From Squalus acanthias (lineage: Eukaryota), in assembly GCA_030390025.1 (NCBI GenBank), contig CM059431.1, positions 132,868,001 through 132,932,000 of the forward strand: a DNA stretch of 64,000 nucleotides, given 5' to 3'. The translations under genes were made by a program, and so were the position numbers. How positions within the stretch are numbered: position 1 is the first letter of the stretch; the number at the start of each line of letters is the position of its first letter. The notes under the pieces are model-generated. The model searched no databases and was not told the DNA's origin. It worked only from the letters and a program-made list of their open reading frames with translations. Shown one piece after another: positions 25,674 through 37,779 of this stretch.

Positions 25674-26387
25674 TCAGATGTTTTCCATCCCAGGGTTTTA
25701 AAGGAAGTAGGTGAGCACATTGCAGATGCCCTAACTATAATCCTCCAAAGTTCTCTCGATTCAGGAACTGTTCCTTTAGATTGGAAAATTGCACATGTCA
25801 CTCCTGCTATTTAACAAAGGTGAGAGAGGGAAACCAGGGAATTATAGACTATTTAGCCTAACATCTGTTGTTGTGAAATTACTAGAGTCAATAGTTAAAG
25901 ATTGGGTGACTGAACGCCTTGAAAACTTTCAGCTGATCAGAGAGAGCCAGCATGGATCTGTGAAAGGTAGGTCATGCCTGACGGACCTGATTGAATATTT
26001 TGAGGAGGTGACTAAAGCAGTGGACAGGGGAATGTCGATGGATGTTATTTATATGGACTTCCAGAAGCCATTTGATAAAGTCCCTCATAAGAGATTGTTA
26101 ACTGAGGTTGAAGCCCATGGAATTGAAGGCAAATTATTGACCTGGTTAGGAAATTGGCAGAGTAGCAGAGAGTAGGGATAATGGGCAGTAACTCTAGTTG
26201 GCAGGATTTGACGAGCGGTGTCCCGCAGGGATCTGTGTTGGGGCCTCAACTATTCACTGTATTTATTAAGGACTTAGATGATGGGATAGAGAGCCACATA
26301 TCCAAATTTGCCAATGACACAAAGATAGGCGGCATTGTAGGCAGTGTAGATGAAAGCATAAAATTACAAAGAGACATTGATAGATTG
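25674..26387 (+). mobile_element. CR1 LINE X, RT region (other pieces at 23850-23915 and 30045-30127)
   Basis: LKSDKSPGP (23890) continues as D.FHPRVLKE (25676); SGVPQGSVLGP...FANDTK...DIDRL continues as SEWAKLWQMDFNVGKC after the Harbinger. Confidence 0.92.
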
Positions 26388-26920
26388 ATTTTGCTGGTGC
26401 TCAGAGGGTGGGTTTGGAGGTGGGTCAGTAGTGAAAATCTAAATGATTGGCAGCGGGTTGCGAACCCGCCGCCATCCCGCCTCCACGCAACTTTGCAAAG
26501 TGTCGGGTCTACGAGTCCCGATCAGACCCGACACCAAGCGGCGGGAGAGGCACTTAAGGCAGTTAACAGCTTGTTAACTGCCTGGATAATCCCATTTTTA
26601 CAGGCTCTTCCCATTTTACTACATTTTCAGCGTGTTGCATGTCGTGCGACAAACACGCCAGCTGATTGTGCCGGATTCAGCAACTACCTGAATTCTTGAC
26701 AGCTGCACCTGCAGCATAAATGTGGACCTGTAACATGGCTGACTTTCAGGTGCCAAAACTTTCTGTTTTGAGGTTTTGGAACACAATTTGCAGGTCTATT
26801 GAGCTTGTAAGTGTTTAAGCTGAGATCCAAATGCACTGTGGCCTCCTTGGAAAAACCCTCTCCCCACATTGACTGAGCACTTATAACATCTATTCCTCAA
26901 CTGAGATATATAGCAGCAGA

Positions 26921-27705
26921 ACGGGAACCATTTATACCCTCTCATCCTGGTCCTCAGAATCAGAGGAAGAGCAGCCACGGCAGCAGCAGAACCGGGCACA
27001 ACAGCAGCAGCAACAACAGGAGCGGCAACCTTCTCCTCAGTCACCTGATGCTGCACAAGGCAGAGGGCATCAGCGCAGGCCTGCACCTCGCCGCAGGAGA
27101 TACCCCCAACACAGGGTTTACAGGCCGAGGATGACCTTCCTCAACATGACTGAGCAGCAGTGCCAAAGGAGGCTGAGACTTCCGCAAGAGGTAGTCGCTG
27201 ACATCTGCGCAATGCTGCACCAACACCTGGAGCCCAGAGGAGCGGGTGGACACTCCTTACCAGTGGCTGTCAAAGTCACCACTGCACTCAACTTCTTTGC
27301 TTCAGGGTCCTTCCAGGGATCAGCAGCAGACATCAGCGGCATCTCCCAGTCGGCCGCACACACGCTGAGGAGCACTACAATGTGAGCCACATTTCCACCA
27401 GAAGCATCATAGAGCAAACTTACTCAAAATGCGATTCAGATGCCTCAACAGATCTGGTGGAGCCCTACAGTACTCACCAGCCAGGGTCTCCAGAATTATC
27501 GTGGTCTGTTGTGCAATGCACAACATCGCACAGCAGCGTGGCTTACCGCTGCCTGAGGAACAAGTGGCTCAGCGCACAGCCTCACAGGATGAGGAGGATG
27601 CAGATGAAGAAGACCTTGTGGAGGCGCATTTGCCAGTTCCACCAGCACGGGAACACATTGCTGGTCGTGAGGCAAGGGATGCACTAATCTATGCCAGATG
27701 GTTGG
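26921..27705 (+). pseudogene. Harbinger (HARBI1-like) DDE transposase, core-deleted
   Basis: Start mutated to ACG (26921, in frame with ORF 27131). Q-rich N-terminus and HTH ([20 protein letters not shown]), then a jump at ~27360 to [18 protein letters not shown] / MRFRCLNRSGGALQYSPARVSRIIVVCCAMHN; two frameshifts. Confidence 0.9.
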
Positions 27706-27964
27706 CACATGGAAATGAGTGTCTGGCTGATCTTCTTAACAAAACATACAGCATCCGTACAATAAAACGAGGCTTCCTATCACTCTCAGCACCATCATTA
27801 CAGATGAAAGGTGCCCTGACCCCTCACTGTGACACTTCCATTTCTGAGCACACATAGGCCAACTCTTTGAAGCTTGGCCATCGCATCTCTTTATTAAACT
27901 TGAAATAATGATGACAATCTTCACTTTGTTTTATATCAAAACACCCGAGTGACTACCCTTGTGA

Positions 27965-29773
27965 CTATTTGTGTGTTAACTTTCTCTTACGTGTGCTTCT
28001 ACGTGGTGCTTCCCCTGTGGCTTCAGCAGATGTTGAGGCACCTTGCTCACTTCCATGCTGCACCTGCTTTGGCGGGCGTCCTCTGGTTTTGGGAGCCTGG
28101 GAGGGCTCAGCAACAATCTGCTCCTCCCGTAACTGTGCAGGGGCTGAGACGGCCATCTCTGACTGAGGGCTCCGCAGTGGCATGGGAGTGTGAGCGCTTG
28201 GAGAGGAGCCCACACTTCCTTGTTGTCGACCACCAACATCCCTCTCAAGGGTCACCCGCTGGAGAGCACCTTGCTGCACATCAGTGGGGCCATGAGGACC
28301 CGTCTCTGTACTGACAGTCCTCATAACGGGGACGTCCATGTACCTCTGGTTCCTCTCCTCAATAGATGCCCATCTATCCTCCATAGCAGACCATCTATTT
28401 AGAAGAGACACCATGTTCATTTGCGTCTGGCGATTTATGTCCTCCATGGAGGTTGCCATCCTTTCCATGGTGGCACCTATATTCGCCATTGAGTGCACCA
28501 CGGCATTGCTCATGTTTGAGATGGACTCCTCCATTCTCTGCACACTCACAGTTACAGTGGTTGCAATCCCTGTCAGAGACTCCTGCACTTGTTCCTGAAT
28601 TTCCAGCACCGCTCTCTTTCTGGATGGCCCCAGAGGCACAGCGTCCACATGCAGCTGAGCAGTGCTAGGAGCATCCCGCGCCCTCCGATGAGGACTCTCC
28701 ACTGCTGTCCCTGTCTCCACCATCTGCTGATGCTCACTTGTGAGCTGTGATACACCAGGTGAGAACACTAATCTATCTTGCGAATGACCCGCCGAGGTGC
28801 GCATCTCTGCGCTGGTGCTGAGTGAGCTCAATTCTGATGATGCTGCACCCTCGGAGGTTGCAGCTTCCTCTGAGGAGTCTTCTGGCTCTTCCTCCTGGAC
28901 AGTAGGGAAGGGGGCTCTCGATGGTCCTGTGGGGGAGTAAAGGCATGAGTTAGACATGTGATATTAACGTAGCAGACACATCCCATTGTGCAGATGATCA
29001 GAACTCAATCTGTATGAACATCAGATGCCATATCAGTCACTCATGCAATCTAACTGAGAGGGTTGCAAATCTATTCTGTCACCAGCTTGCTCTACTGTGC
29101 CCGTCTCTCCGTCCCCCACTTCCAGCTCCTCAGCACCTCCGACAATGCCGAGAGCAGCCTCCTCAGTGGTGGTTAAGTGGGCTCTCTTTTCCTGCAATGA
29201 GGGAGACAAGTGGAGTTTGAGCGAGAATGTTGGAGTGAGTGTAGAGAATCCATAGCATAGATGCTTAGAGGGAGACAAAGATGGAGTGAGGTGCCAATAC
29301 CAAGGTCCCTCCCTGTGCGTTGTTAGTTGTTGCCATTGCATAACAGTGATAGCGAGTGTGAGGGATGCCTAGTAGAATAGTGGAGTGATTCTGCACATAG
29401 AGAGAGAGGGATGGTTAAGGGTGCAAGGGATGTAAGGGTAAAGTGGGATGTGCAGGAGTAGGTTGACAATGCAGGGTGCTGGTGATGAGAGGAGATGGGG
29501 AGCAGATTGAAGTAAGTGTGATGTTATACTCACTTTTGCTGAGCGGAGCAGGTCATTGAATCTTTTCCTGCACTGAACCCAGGTGCGTGAACACAAAGAC
29601 CTGGCACTCACCTCCTCAGCAATTTGCAGCCAGACTGCTTTGGTTTGCTGTGGAGGCTTCCTCTGTCCATTTGAGGGGAACAGTACCTCTTTGTGCCCTC
29701 TTACTCCCTCCACAAGAGCATGGAGGGAGTCATCATCAAATTGTGGAGAGGCCTTTGATCGTGACCCACTCAT
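27965..29773 (-). CDS. Harbinger Myb/SANT-like (trihelix) DNA-binding protein, 3 exons, predicted 436 aa
   Basis: Exon 1 29773-29534 (80 codons, F....L..LVEGV...W.QIAEEV...RTWVQCRKRFNDL, donor GTGAGT). Exon 2 29191-29083 (acceptor TTGCAG, donor GTGACA). Exon 3 28926-27965 (acceptor CCACAG). Intron phases 0 and 1 join in frame with no stops. Confidence 0.75.
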
Positions 29774-30127
29774 CTCTCTATCTGCCACACTGAAAAGCAT
29801 CAGAAAGTGAAGGAGAAACCACAAGGCTGCATGGGCCCCTTAAATGCAGCTGAATGGAAGACGTCAGCAGAGGTGAGCAGCAGACCCAAACCCACTGATT
29901 GGGCCGGGCAACGCGCATGACGGGCTTAATAAGCCCAGTTAAGGCAAAATACTTAATGCAGAGCGGATTAAACCGGCAGCGGGACCGGAACCCGCTGACA
30001 AGCCAACCCGACTCCAACCCGCCTCCACTCGGCAAATCGCGGCCTAAGTGAATGGGCAAAACTGTGGCAAATGGATTTCAATGTAGGCAAATGTGAGGTC
30101 ATCCACTTTGGACCTAAAAAGGATAGG

Positions 30128-30600
30128 CACAACCACATTAGTATGCTTCAAATCTACTGGCACCTCCCCAGTGTCCATTGATTCCCTCATGAATATTGTC
30201 ACTGCTTGACAAATCTCCTCCCTAGTCTCTCCCAGCACTCGGGGATAAATACCACCTACCTCTGGGGAATTTTTTGTATTGAGCCCAATTAGCCTGTCTC
30301 GTACATCCACCTCATTTATAACAAAGTCATTAATTTTAGTTGGTATATCTTTTTTGGGGAGGACATGTTGCTCATGTCTTCCTTTGTGAATACTTGGAGG
30401 AAGTAATGATTCAGAATATTTACTATTTTATGTTCATTCTCAGTTTTGAGCCTATTGGCACCTTTTATGGTTTTCACTTCTCTGACTGCCCTCCTGCTGT
30501 TGTGGTATTTAATTTTTTCTCTTATTCGTATCTTCAGCTGCTTTGCCTTTTTCCTGGTTTCTCCTTGCCCTCTGATCATCCTTTTATCGTGTTTCTGTAT
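30128..30600 (-). mobile_element. Old CR1 ORF2 fragment
   Basis: ILNHYFLQVFTKED and SPEVGGIYPRVLGETREEIC remnants. Confidence 0.75.
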
Positions 30601-30611
30601 TTTCTTATATA

Positions 30612-30731
30612 CAGGGCTACGGGGAAAGGGCGGGGGTGTGGGACTAGCTGAAGTGCTCTTGCAGAGAGCCGGCACGGGCTCGATGGGCTGAATGGCCTCC
30701 TTCTGTGCTGTAATCATCCTATGATTCTATT
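30612..30731 (+). mobile_element. Very short CR1 3' end
   Basis: CAGGGCTACGGGGAAAG...GGGCTGAATGGCCT...CTATGATTCTAT, the same subfamily end as 25570-25672. Confidence 0.85.
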
Positions 30732-31272
30732 CATCCCAGTTAGCAGCAGGTTCATTAATGTTACCTCTTATTTGACATGAAACACCAAAAAAGGAGACAA
30801 ATCTAAACTCCCACAAAATACTGAGAAGAAACCTTAATTAGTTTTTCACAGCTACTTCACAATGTCAACAACTCTTTGAGTTGAAATATCCATTACTATC
30901 ATATGCATACCACCACAAATGTACTTATGTGTCATGTATGAGTTGTCCATCCTGGTGTAACCAATGTAAATATTTTTCAGTGGCAGTCTTCCTAAGTTGC
31001 TTTATTATTGCAGCTGCATTAAATAAATAATCCTTCCAAATAAAACAGTATTTATACTACAAGATACAGAATCAACTCATCCAAAAGTATATATTGATGG
31101 CTGTATAAATTTGACAAAAAGCTCTACTTAAATGTGTTCACATAAGAATAATCAGATGAATCCACTTTGTTTGTATGCAGATGTACTATATTCTTCTGCT
31201 AGTATCTCCATCTAACTTACTACTGAAGAGGCCTCTCACACCCAGAGACCAGATTTCCAATGGAGTCCTACA

Positions 31273-33460
31273 ACATAGAGGCATAGAAGATAGGAGCAGG
31301 AGTAGGCCATTCGGCCCCTCGAGCCTGCTCCGCCATTTAATGAGATCATGGCTGATCATCCAAATTCAGTACCCTGTCCTTGCTTTCTCCCCATATCCCT
31401 TGATCGCTTTAGCCTTAAGAAATATATCTATCTCCTTCTTGAATATATTTAATGAATTGGCCTCAACTGCCTTCTGTGGTAGAGAATTCCACAGGTTCAC
31501 CACTCTCTGGGTGAAGAAATTCCTCCTCATCTCAGTCCTAAATGGCTTACCCCTTATCCTTAGACTGTGACCTCTGGTTCTGGACTCCCCCGCCATCAGG
31601 AACATCCTTCCTGCATCTAGTCTGTCTAGTCCTGTTAGAATTTTATAAGTTTCAATGAGATCCCCTATCATTCTTCTAAACTCTAGCGAATATAAGCCTA
31701 ATCGACCCAATCTCTCTTCATACGTCATTCCTGCCATCTGGTAAATCTTTGCTGCACTCCCTCCATGGCAAGAACATCCTTCCTCAGATAAGGCGACTAA
31801 AACTGCACACAATACTCAAGGTGTGGTCTCACCAAGGCCTTGTACAACTGCAGCAAGGCATCCTTACTCCTGTACTCGAATCCTCTCGCTATTAAGGCCA
31901 ACATACCATTTGCCTTCTTAACAGCCTGCTGCACCTGCATGCTTGCCTTCAGCGACTGGTGCACAAGGACTCCCAGATCTCGTTGCACTTCCCCTTTTCC
32001 CAATCTATTGCCGCTCAGATAATAATCTGTCTTCCTGTTTTTGCCACCAAAGTGGATAACCTCGCATTTATCCACATTATACAGGAAACTCTTTATTAAC
32101 CGGCACCGACGGGACTGGCGTGGTGCCGGTTAATCAAATAGTCCGGATAACGGAGAGTTATATCTCCCAACGTACGAGAGCCCCGTACACACTGACATGC
32201 GCCTGCATTCGGAGCTCCGTCTCACCGGGGACCGCCAGCTGACCATCTGTCGTGTCTGCTGCCTACCCGGGCTGCACAATCCCCTCCCAATCTACATGCT
32301 CCGATACAAGGCAAACGCCTCGGGGTCTTTTTTAAAGTTATTTTTAAAGGAGAGATGAAGGAAAACCCCGGTTACCTACTCAAGAATTTTGCCGGTTAAG
32401 AGAGATTTCCGGTTATTTGGGTGCCGGTTAAAAGAGAGTTTCCTGTACTGCATCTGCCATGCATCTGCCCAATCACCCAACCTGTCCAAATCATACTGGA
32501 GTTTCTCTGCATCCTCCTCACAGCACACATGCCCACCCAGCTTTGTGTCGTCTGCAAACTTAGAGATATTACATCTAGTTCCCACGTCTAGATCATTAAT
32601 ATATATTGTGAATAGCTGGGTTCCTAGCACCGATCCCTGCGGTACCCCACTAGTCACTGCCAGCCACTCGGAAAAAGACCCGTTTATTCCAACTCTTTGC
32701 TTCCTGTCTGCCAACCAGTTCTCTATTCAGATCAGTACCTTACCCCCAATCCCATGTGCTTTAACTTTGCACGCTAATCTCTTATGCGGGACCTTATCGA
32801 AAGCCTTCTGAAAGTCCAAATACACCACATCCACTGGTTCTCCCTTATCTATTCTACCAGTTACATCCTCAAAAAACTCCAGTAGATTAGTCAGGCATGA
32901 TTTACCTTTTGTAAATCCATGTTGACTTTGTCCGATCCTGTCACTGTTTTCCAAGTGCTCTGCTATTACATCTTTTATAATGGACTCTAGCATTTTGCCC
33001 ACTACCGATGTCAGGCTTTCCGGTCTATAATTCCCCGATTTTTCTTTACCACCTTTTTTCAATGGTGGGGTTACATTAGCTACCCTCCAATCCATGGGAA
33101 CTGTTCCAGAGTCTATAGAATTTTGAAAGATGACCAGCAATGCATCTACTATTTCTAGGGCCACTTCCTTAAGTACCCTAGGATGTAGATTATCAGGCCC
33201 TGGGGATTTATCGGCCTTCAATCCCGTCAATTTCCCTAACACCATTTCCCTACAAATACTGATTTCATTCAATTCCTCCCTCTCATTAGACCCTATGTTC
33301 CCCGACATCTCTGGGAGTTTATTTGTGTCCTCCTTTGTGAAGACAGAACCAAAGTATGTATTGGTCTGCCATTTCTTTGTTCCCCATTATAAATTCACCT
33401 GATTCTGACTGCAAGGGACCTACGCTTGACTTCACCAATCTTTTTCTCTTCACATATCTT
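31273..33460 (-). mobile_element. CR1 LINE (ORF2 RT to 3' tail), interrupted by a Tc1/mariner MITE
   Basis: ORFs 32727..33308, 32376..32714, 31797..32075 and 31366..31812 carry YLDFQKAFDKVPH, GVPQGSVLG and FADDTK. Confidence 0.95.
32082..32445. mobile_element. Tc1/mariner (Tigger/pogo-like) MITE, 364 bp
   Basis: 26-bp TIR CAGGAAACTCT(T/C)T(A/T)TTAACCGGCACC, TA TSD; removal restores the CR1 frame WQMQY|NVDKC. Confidence 0.92.
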
Positions 33461-34674
33461 TTACAAGTGCCATATTACATATCTGTTTATCACAGGCTGC
33501 TGTTAATCCAGCTTTGAGAAGCTGTAAAACATGTTGTAAGCCACTTTTTAAAGTTAGACTGACATTAAATGTTAAAAATAATTAGCTGGTGGCATTTTTC
33601 TTACAGTAACATAACTTGCAAGCTAATTTCACAAAGATTCCTTCAAGTAATACCTACTATAAATAAAAGCCATGGTGATTATAGTTTAAGTGGGGAACTA
33701 TTCTTTACTGAATTGCTTAGTTTTACAACTAGTTGAAACTAGTCACTATCATGAGGATTTTTGTGACACGTTGAAATCACACTAGATTTGTCTTGGCTCA
33801 TTGTAAATTGCTAACACCCATGTTACAGGTAGCAATGTTTGGAAAATCTGGCTCCAGGCAAATCTTCAAGTTCATAACATAGAAGCAAAGCAGAATAGCT
33901 TTAGAAGCATTCGTCTTTTTTTTGAGACAGCCATGGAAGATTGCCTAAATGGTACACATTGTCATTGTAACACACATTCCTCTTTGTAGTTTTTAGGAAT
34001 ATCATTTTACTTCTAAAACAAGTTAACTTAATTGACAACAATGACTAGCCTTTCAGCATCATACTGTCCCCAGGCTTGAACTCCTTTGCAGTATTGTCCT
34101 CTGTAGACTCAGTGTCGGCAAAGTGACAATCAAAAAAAAACGTTCTGTTCTCAATTTTCTGTCATATTGGTAATAAATCCATATTTTAAACCCATGTCCT
34201 GATAAAGCAATTATGACACTCTTCAGCTGCCAGGCAGAGAATAATGGGTACCAGGGAGTGATTACAAAGCAGTAATCTAATCAAGGATTTAAAATGATGC
34301 TATAAACTGCTGGAACAAATTAATCTACAGATGGTTCCTGCCAAATTCCATCTATCTATGTAGAGATATATATATATTATATAACTTCTCAAAGAGGACC
34401 ACTTTATAGCTTTTATGTGTATATTTATCTCAGTTCATTAATTTTAGTGAAAAAATAGATATGAGCAGAATCATGTTCCTCACTTTATAACAACATTTAC
34501 AAAAGGAGGAAAATATATTCCTCAGCTCCTAAATGCATTAATGTTAACTTTCTTATAATATTAGCTTAGTTGTGATATAGCCCATTACTTGGGAATGGGG
34601 CTTTTGCAAGATCATTATCCTGCCATTATATAATGCATTTAGCATAAACTAAAATTAAAAAGTCCTTCACAGAT

Positions 34675-37110
34675 GGTATGTTGCCTCCCTGGTGCCAGGG
34701 TCAAGGATGTCACTGAACGGCATTCTGAAGGGGGAGGGTGAATAGTCAGAGGTCGTGGTTCACATTGGTACCAACGACATGGCTAGAAAGAGGGATGAGG
34801 TCCTGCAACAAGAATTTAGGGAGCTAGGTAGCAGATTAAAAAGCAGGACCTCAAAGGTTGTAATCTCTGGATTACTCCCGGTGCCATGTGCTAGTGAGTA
34901 TAGGAATAGGAGGATAGAGCAGATGAATGCGTGGCTGAAGAGTTGGTGCAGGAGGGAGGGCTTTAGTTTCCTGGATCACTGGGTCTGCTTCTGGGGAAGG
35001 TGGGACCTGTACAAGTCGGACGGGTTGCACCTGAACCGGAATGGGACCAACATCCTTGCGGGGAGGTTTGCTAGTACTGTTGGGGGGGGTTTAAACTAAC
35101 TTGGCAGGGTGATGGGATACGGAGTGGAGCTATAGTAGGGGGTGATGCACTGCCAAATATAGAGGAAAAAACAAGTCAGCCTGGAAGGCAGAGCAAATAT
35201 GTAACGGCACAAGGGAGTATGGCAAGGCTGGATGGCATTTATTTTAATGCAAGGAGTCTTGCGAGTAAGGCAGATGAATTGAAGGTGTTGATGAACACAT
35301 GGGAGTATGATATTGTTGCTATCACAGAGACATGGTTGAGGGAGGGGCAGGACTGGCAGCTCGATATTCCGGGGTATAGAATCTTCAGGCGAGACAGAGG
35401 GGGGTGTAAAAGAGGAGGGGGTGTCGCAATATTAATCAAGGAGTCAATTACTGCTGTAAGGAGGGATGATATCTTCGCAGGTTCCTCTAATGAGGCCACA
35501 TGGGTAGAACTTAAAAACAAAAAGGGGGCAAGCACTTTGCTGGGAGTGTACTATAGGCCCCCAAACAGTCAGGGAGAGATAGAGGAACAGATATGTAGGC
35601 AAATCTCAGAGAAGTGTAGAAATAATAGAGTAATAATAGTAGGGGATTTCAACTTCCCCAATATTAACTGGGATAGTCAGAGTGTGAAAGGCTTAGAGGG
35701 TGCGGAATTCTTAAAGTGCATCCAGGAGAGCTTTTTGAGCCAACATGTAGAAAGTCCTACAAGAGAGGGGGTGGTACTGGACCTAATTCTAGGGAATGTA
35801 GCCGGGCAAGTGGCAGAAGTGTTAGTAGGAGAGGATTTTGGTGACAGTGACCATAATTCGGTGAGATTTAAGGTAGTCATGGAAAAGGACAAAGATGGAC
35901 CGGAAATAAAGGTTCTAAATTGGGGGAAGGCCGATTTTAATATGATAAGGCAGGATCTGGCCAAAGTGGACTGGGATCAGCTACTTGTAGGAAAATCCAC
36001 ATCAGAGCAGTGGGAGTCTTTCAGAAAGAAAATAGAGAGAGTACAACGGCAACATTTTCCCGTAAAGGTCAAGGGTGGGACCAACAAGTCCAGGGAACCC
36101 TGGATGTCAAGGAATATACGAGAATGGATTAGGAAAAAAAGGGAGGCTTTTGGCAGATACAAAGGACTAAAAACAGTGGAATCCCTAGAGGAGTATAGAA
36201 AGTGCAGGGGGGTACTTAAAAAAGAAATTAGGAGAGTGAAGCGGGTCATGAAATAACACTGGCGGGCAAAATAAAGGGAAATCCCAAGGTGTTTTATAAG
36301 TATATTAAGGGCAAGAGGATAACCAGGGAAAGAGTAGGGCCCATTAGGGACCAAAGTGGCAATCTGTGTGTAGAGCCAGAAGATGTAGGTGGGGTTTTAA
36401 ATGAATATTTTGCATCTGTGTTCACTATGGAGAAGGACGATGTAGGCATAGAAATCAGGCAGGGGGATTGTGATATACTTGAACAAATTAGTATTGAAAG
36501 GGAGGAGGTACTAACGGTTTTAGTGGGCTTAAAAGTGGATAAATCCCCAGGCCCAGACGAGATGTATCCCAGGCTGCTGTGTGAGGCAAGGGAGGAGATT
36601 GCAGGGGCTCTGACACAAATTTTCAGAACCTCTCTGGCCACAGGGGAGGTGCCAGAAGACTGGAGAACAGCTAACGTAGTACCATTATTCAAGAAGGGTA
36701 GTAGGGATAAACCAGGGAATTACAGGCCAGTGAGTCTAACATCAGTGGTAGGGAAATTATTGGAAAAAATTCTGAGGGACAGAATTAGTCTCCACTTGGA
36801 GAGGCAAGGATCAATCAAGGATAGTCAGCATGGCTTTGTCAGGGGGAGATCATGTCTGACCAATTTGATTGAATTTTTCGAGGGGGTGACTAGGTGTGTG
36901 GATGAGGGTAGTGCAGTTGATGTGGTCTACATGGACTTCAGTAAGGCTTTTGACAAAGTCCCGCATGGGAGACTGGTCAAGAAGGTAAGAGCCCATGGGA
37001 TCCAGGGCAACTTGACACATTGGATCCAAAATTGGCTTAGTGGCAGGAGGCAGAGGGTGATGGTCGAAGGTTGTTTTTGTGACTGGAAGCCTGTGTCCAG
37101 TAGTGTACCA
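34675..37110 (+). mobile_element. CR1 LINE with ORF1 SGNH-esterase end, APE endonuclease and partial RT; 3'-truncated
   Basis: ORF1 HIGTND...DGLHLN (34755..35099); ORF2 YFNARSL, ITETWL, GGGVA, YRPP, GDFN, SDHN (35219..36256); frameshift, then RT up to PVSS.VP. Confidence 0.95.
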
Positions 37111-37769
37111 GCATGCGCTGGAAACCGGAACTTCCGTTCCCTTGAAGGAAGGGGCTCACAGGTCAAACGCGTGCGCTGGAGAGGCAGCGCGTAGACCTGG
37201 AACTTCCGCTTTTTTTACAGGTTTCTCCGTGCGGGTAAGTCCCTGGCAGCTGCGCGTGGACAAAGCAGGCGCAAGGCCTGCTTTTAACAAGGTAAGAGGT
37301 GAATTAAGTAAAATTGAAACAATTTTTCCACAGATTTATCATTTTTAAATACTTTAAAGAAAGGTAAGTTTATTTTTAGCCCCGTTAAAAACTTTAATTA
37401 ATTTTTGTTTAAAATAGTTAATTTATGTAATTTATAGTTATTTTAAAAATGTGATTTAAATTAAAAAATGTATTTGAAGTTTTACTTAGGTTTTGGGGCC
37501 GATCTCTGTTCATAGATTTGACAGGTATTCCTGTCAAATCTATGAATGGAGATTCTCTGCTCCGATTGGCTCCTCATGGCCCACGTGATCCCAGGGGACG
37601 GTGCGAACTAGCTTCGCCGCTGTGATACGCGAGCCCTGCACACCGGCAGCTGGAGGAGGCCCAGGATCGGAATCCCACGCGGGCCCACAGCACGACGGCA
37701 GGCGCGCTATGTAAGTGCAGGTCGGGGGCTTGCGCCCACGGGAAGCATCCGACCCTGAATTTCTGGGCC
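37111..37769. mobile_element. Harbinger-type MITE related to family B, left end missing
   Basis: Ends GAATTTCTGGGCC|AAT; shares GCATGCGCTG.AAACCGG, TTTTAACAAGGTAAG and CACGTGATCCCA with 3732-4475. Confidence 0.8.
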
Positions 37770-37779
37770 AATATTATTT

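Larger units (their letters stand above)
26388..30044. mobile_element. PIF/Harbinger transposon (E), two convergent genes, most complete copy in window
   Basis: Interrupts CR1 X at DRL|SEW. Right end AAATCGCGGCC|TAA; left end matches the GGGCTGAATTTTGCC end of element D minus a few bases. Encodes a HARBI1-like transposase and a Myb/SANT-like protein. Confidence 0.93.

Noticed and set aside
27131..27857. Host HARBI1 gene
   Set aside because: Lies inside a transposon inserted in a CR1, lacks the catalytic core and start codon, and has related copies nearby.
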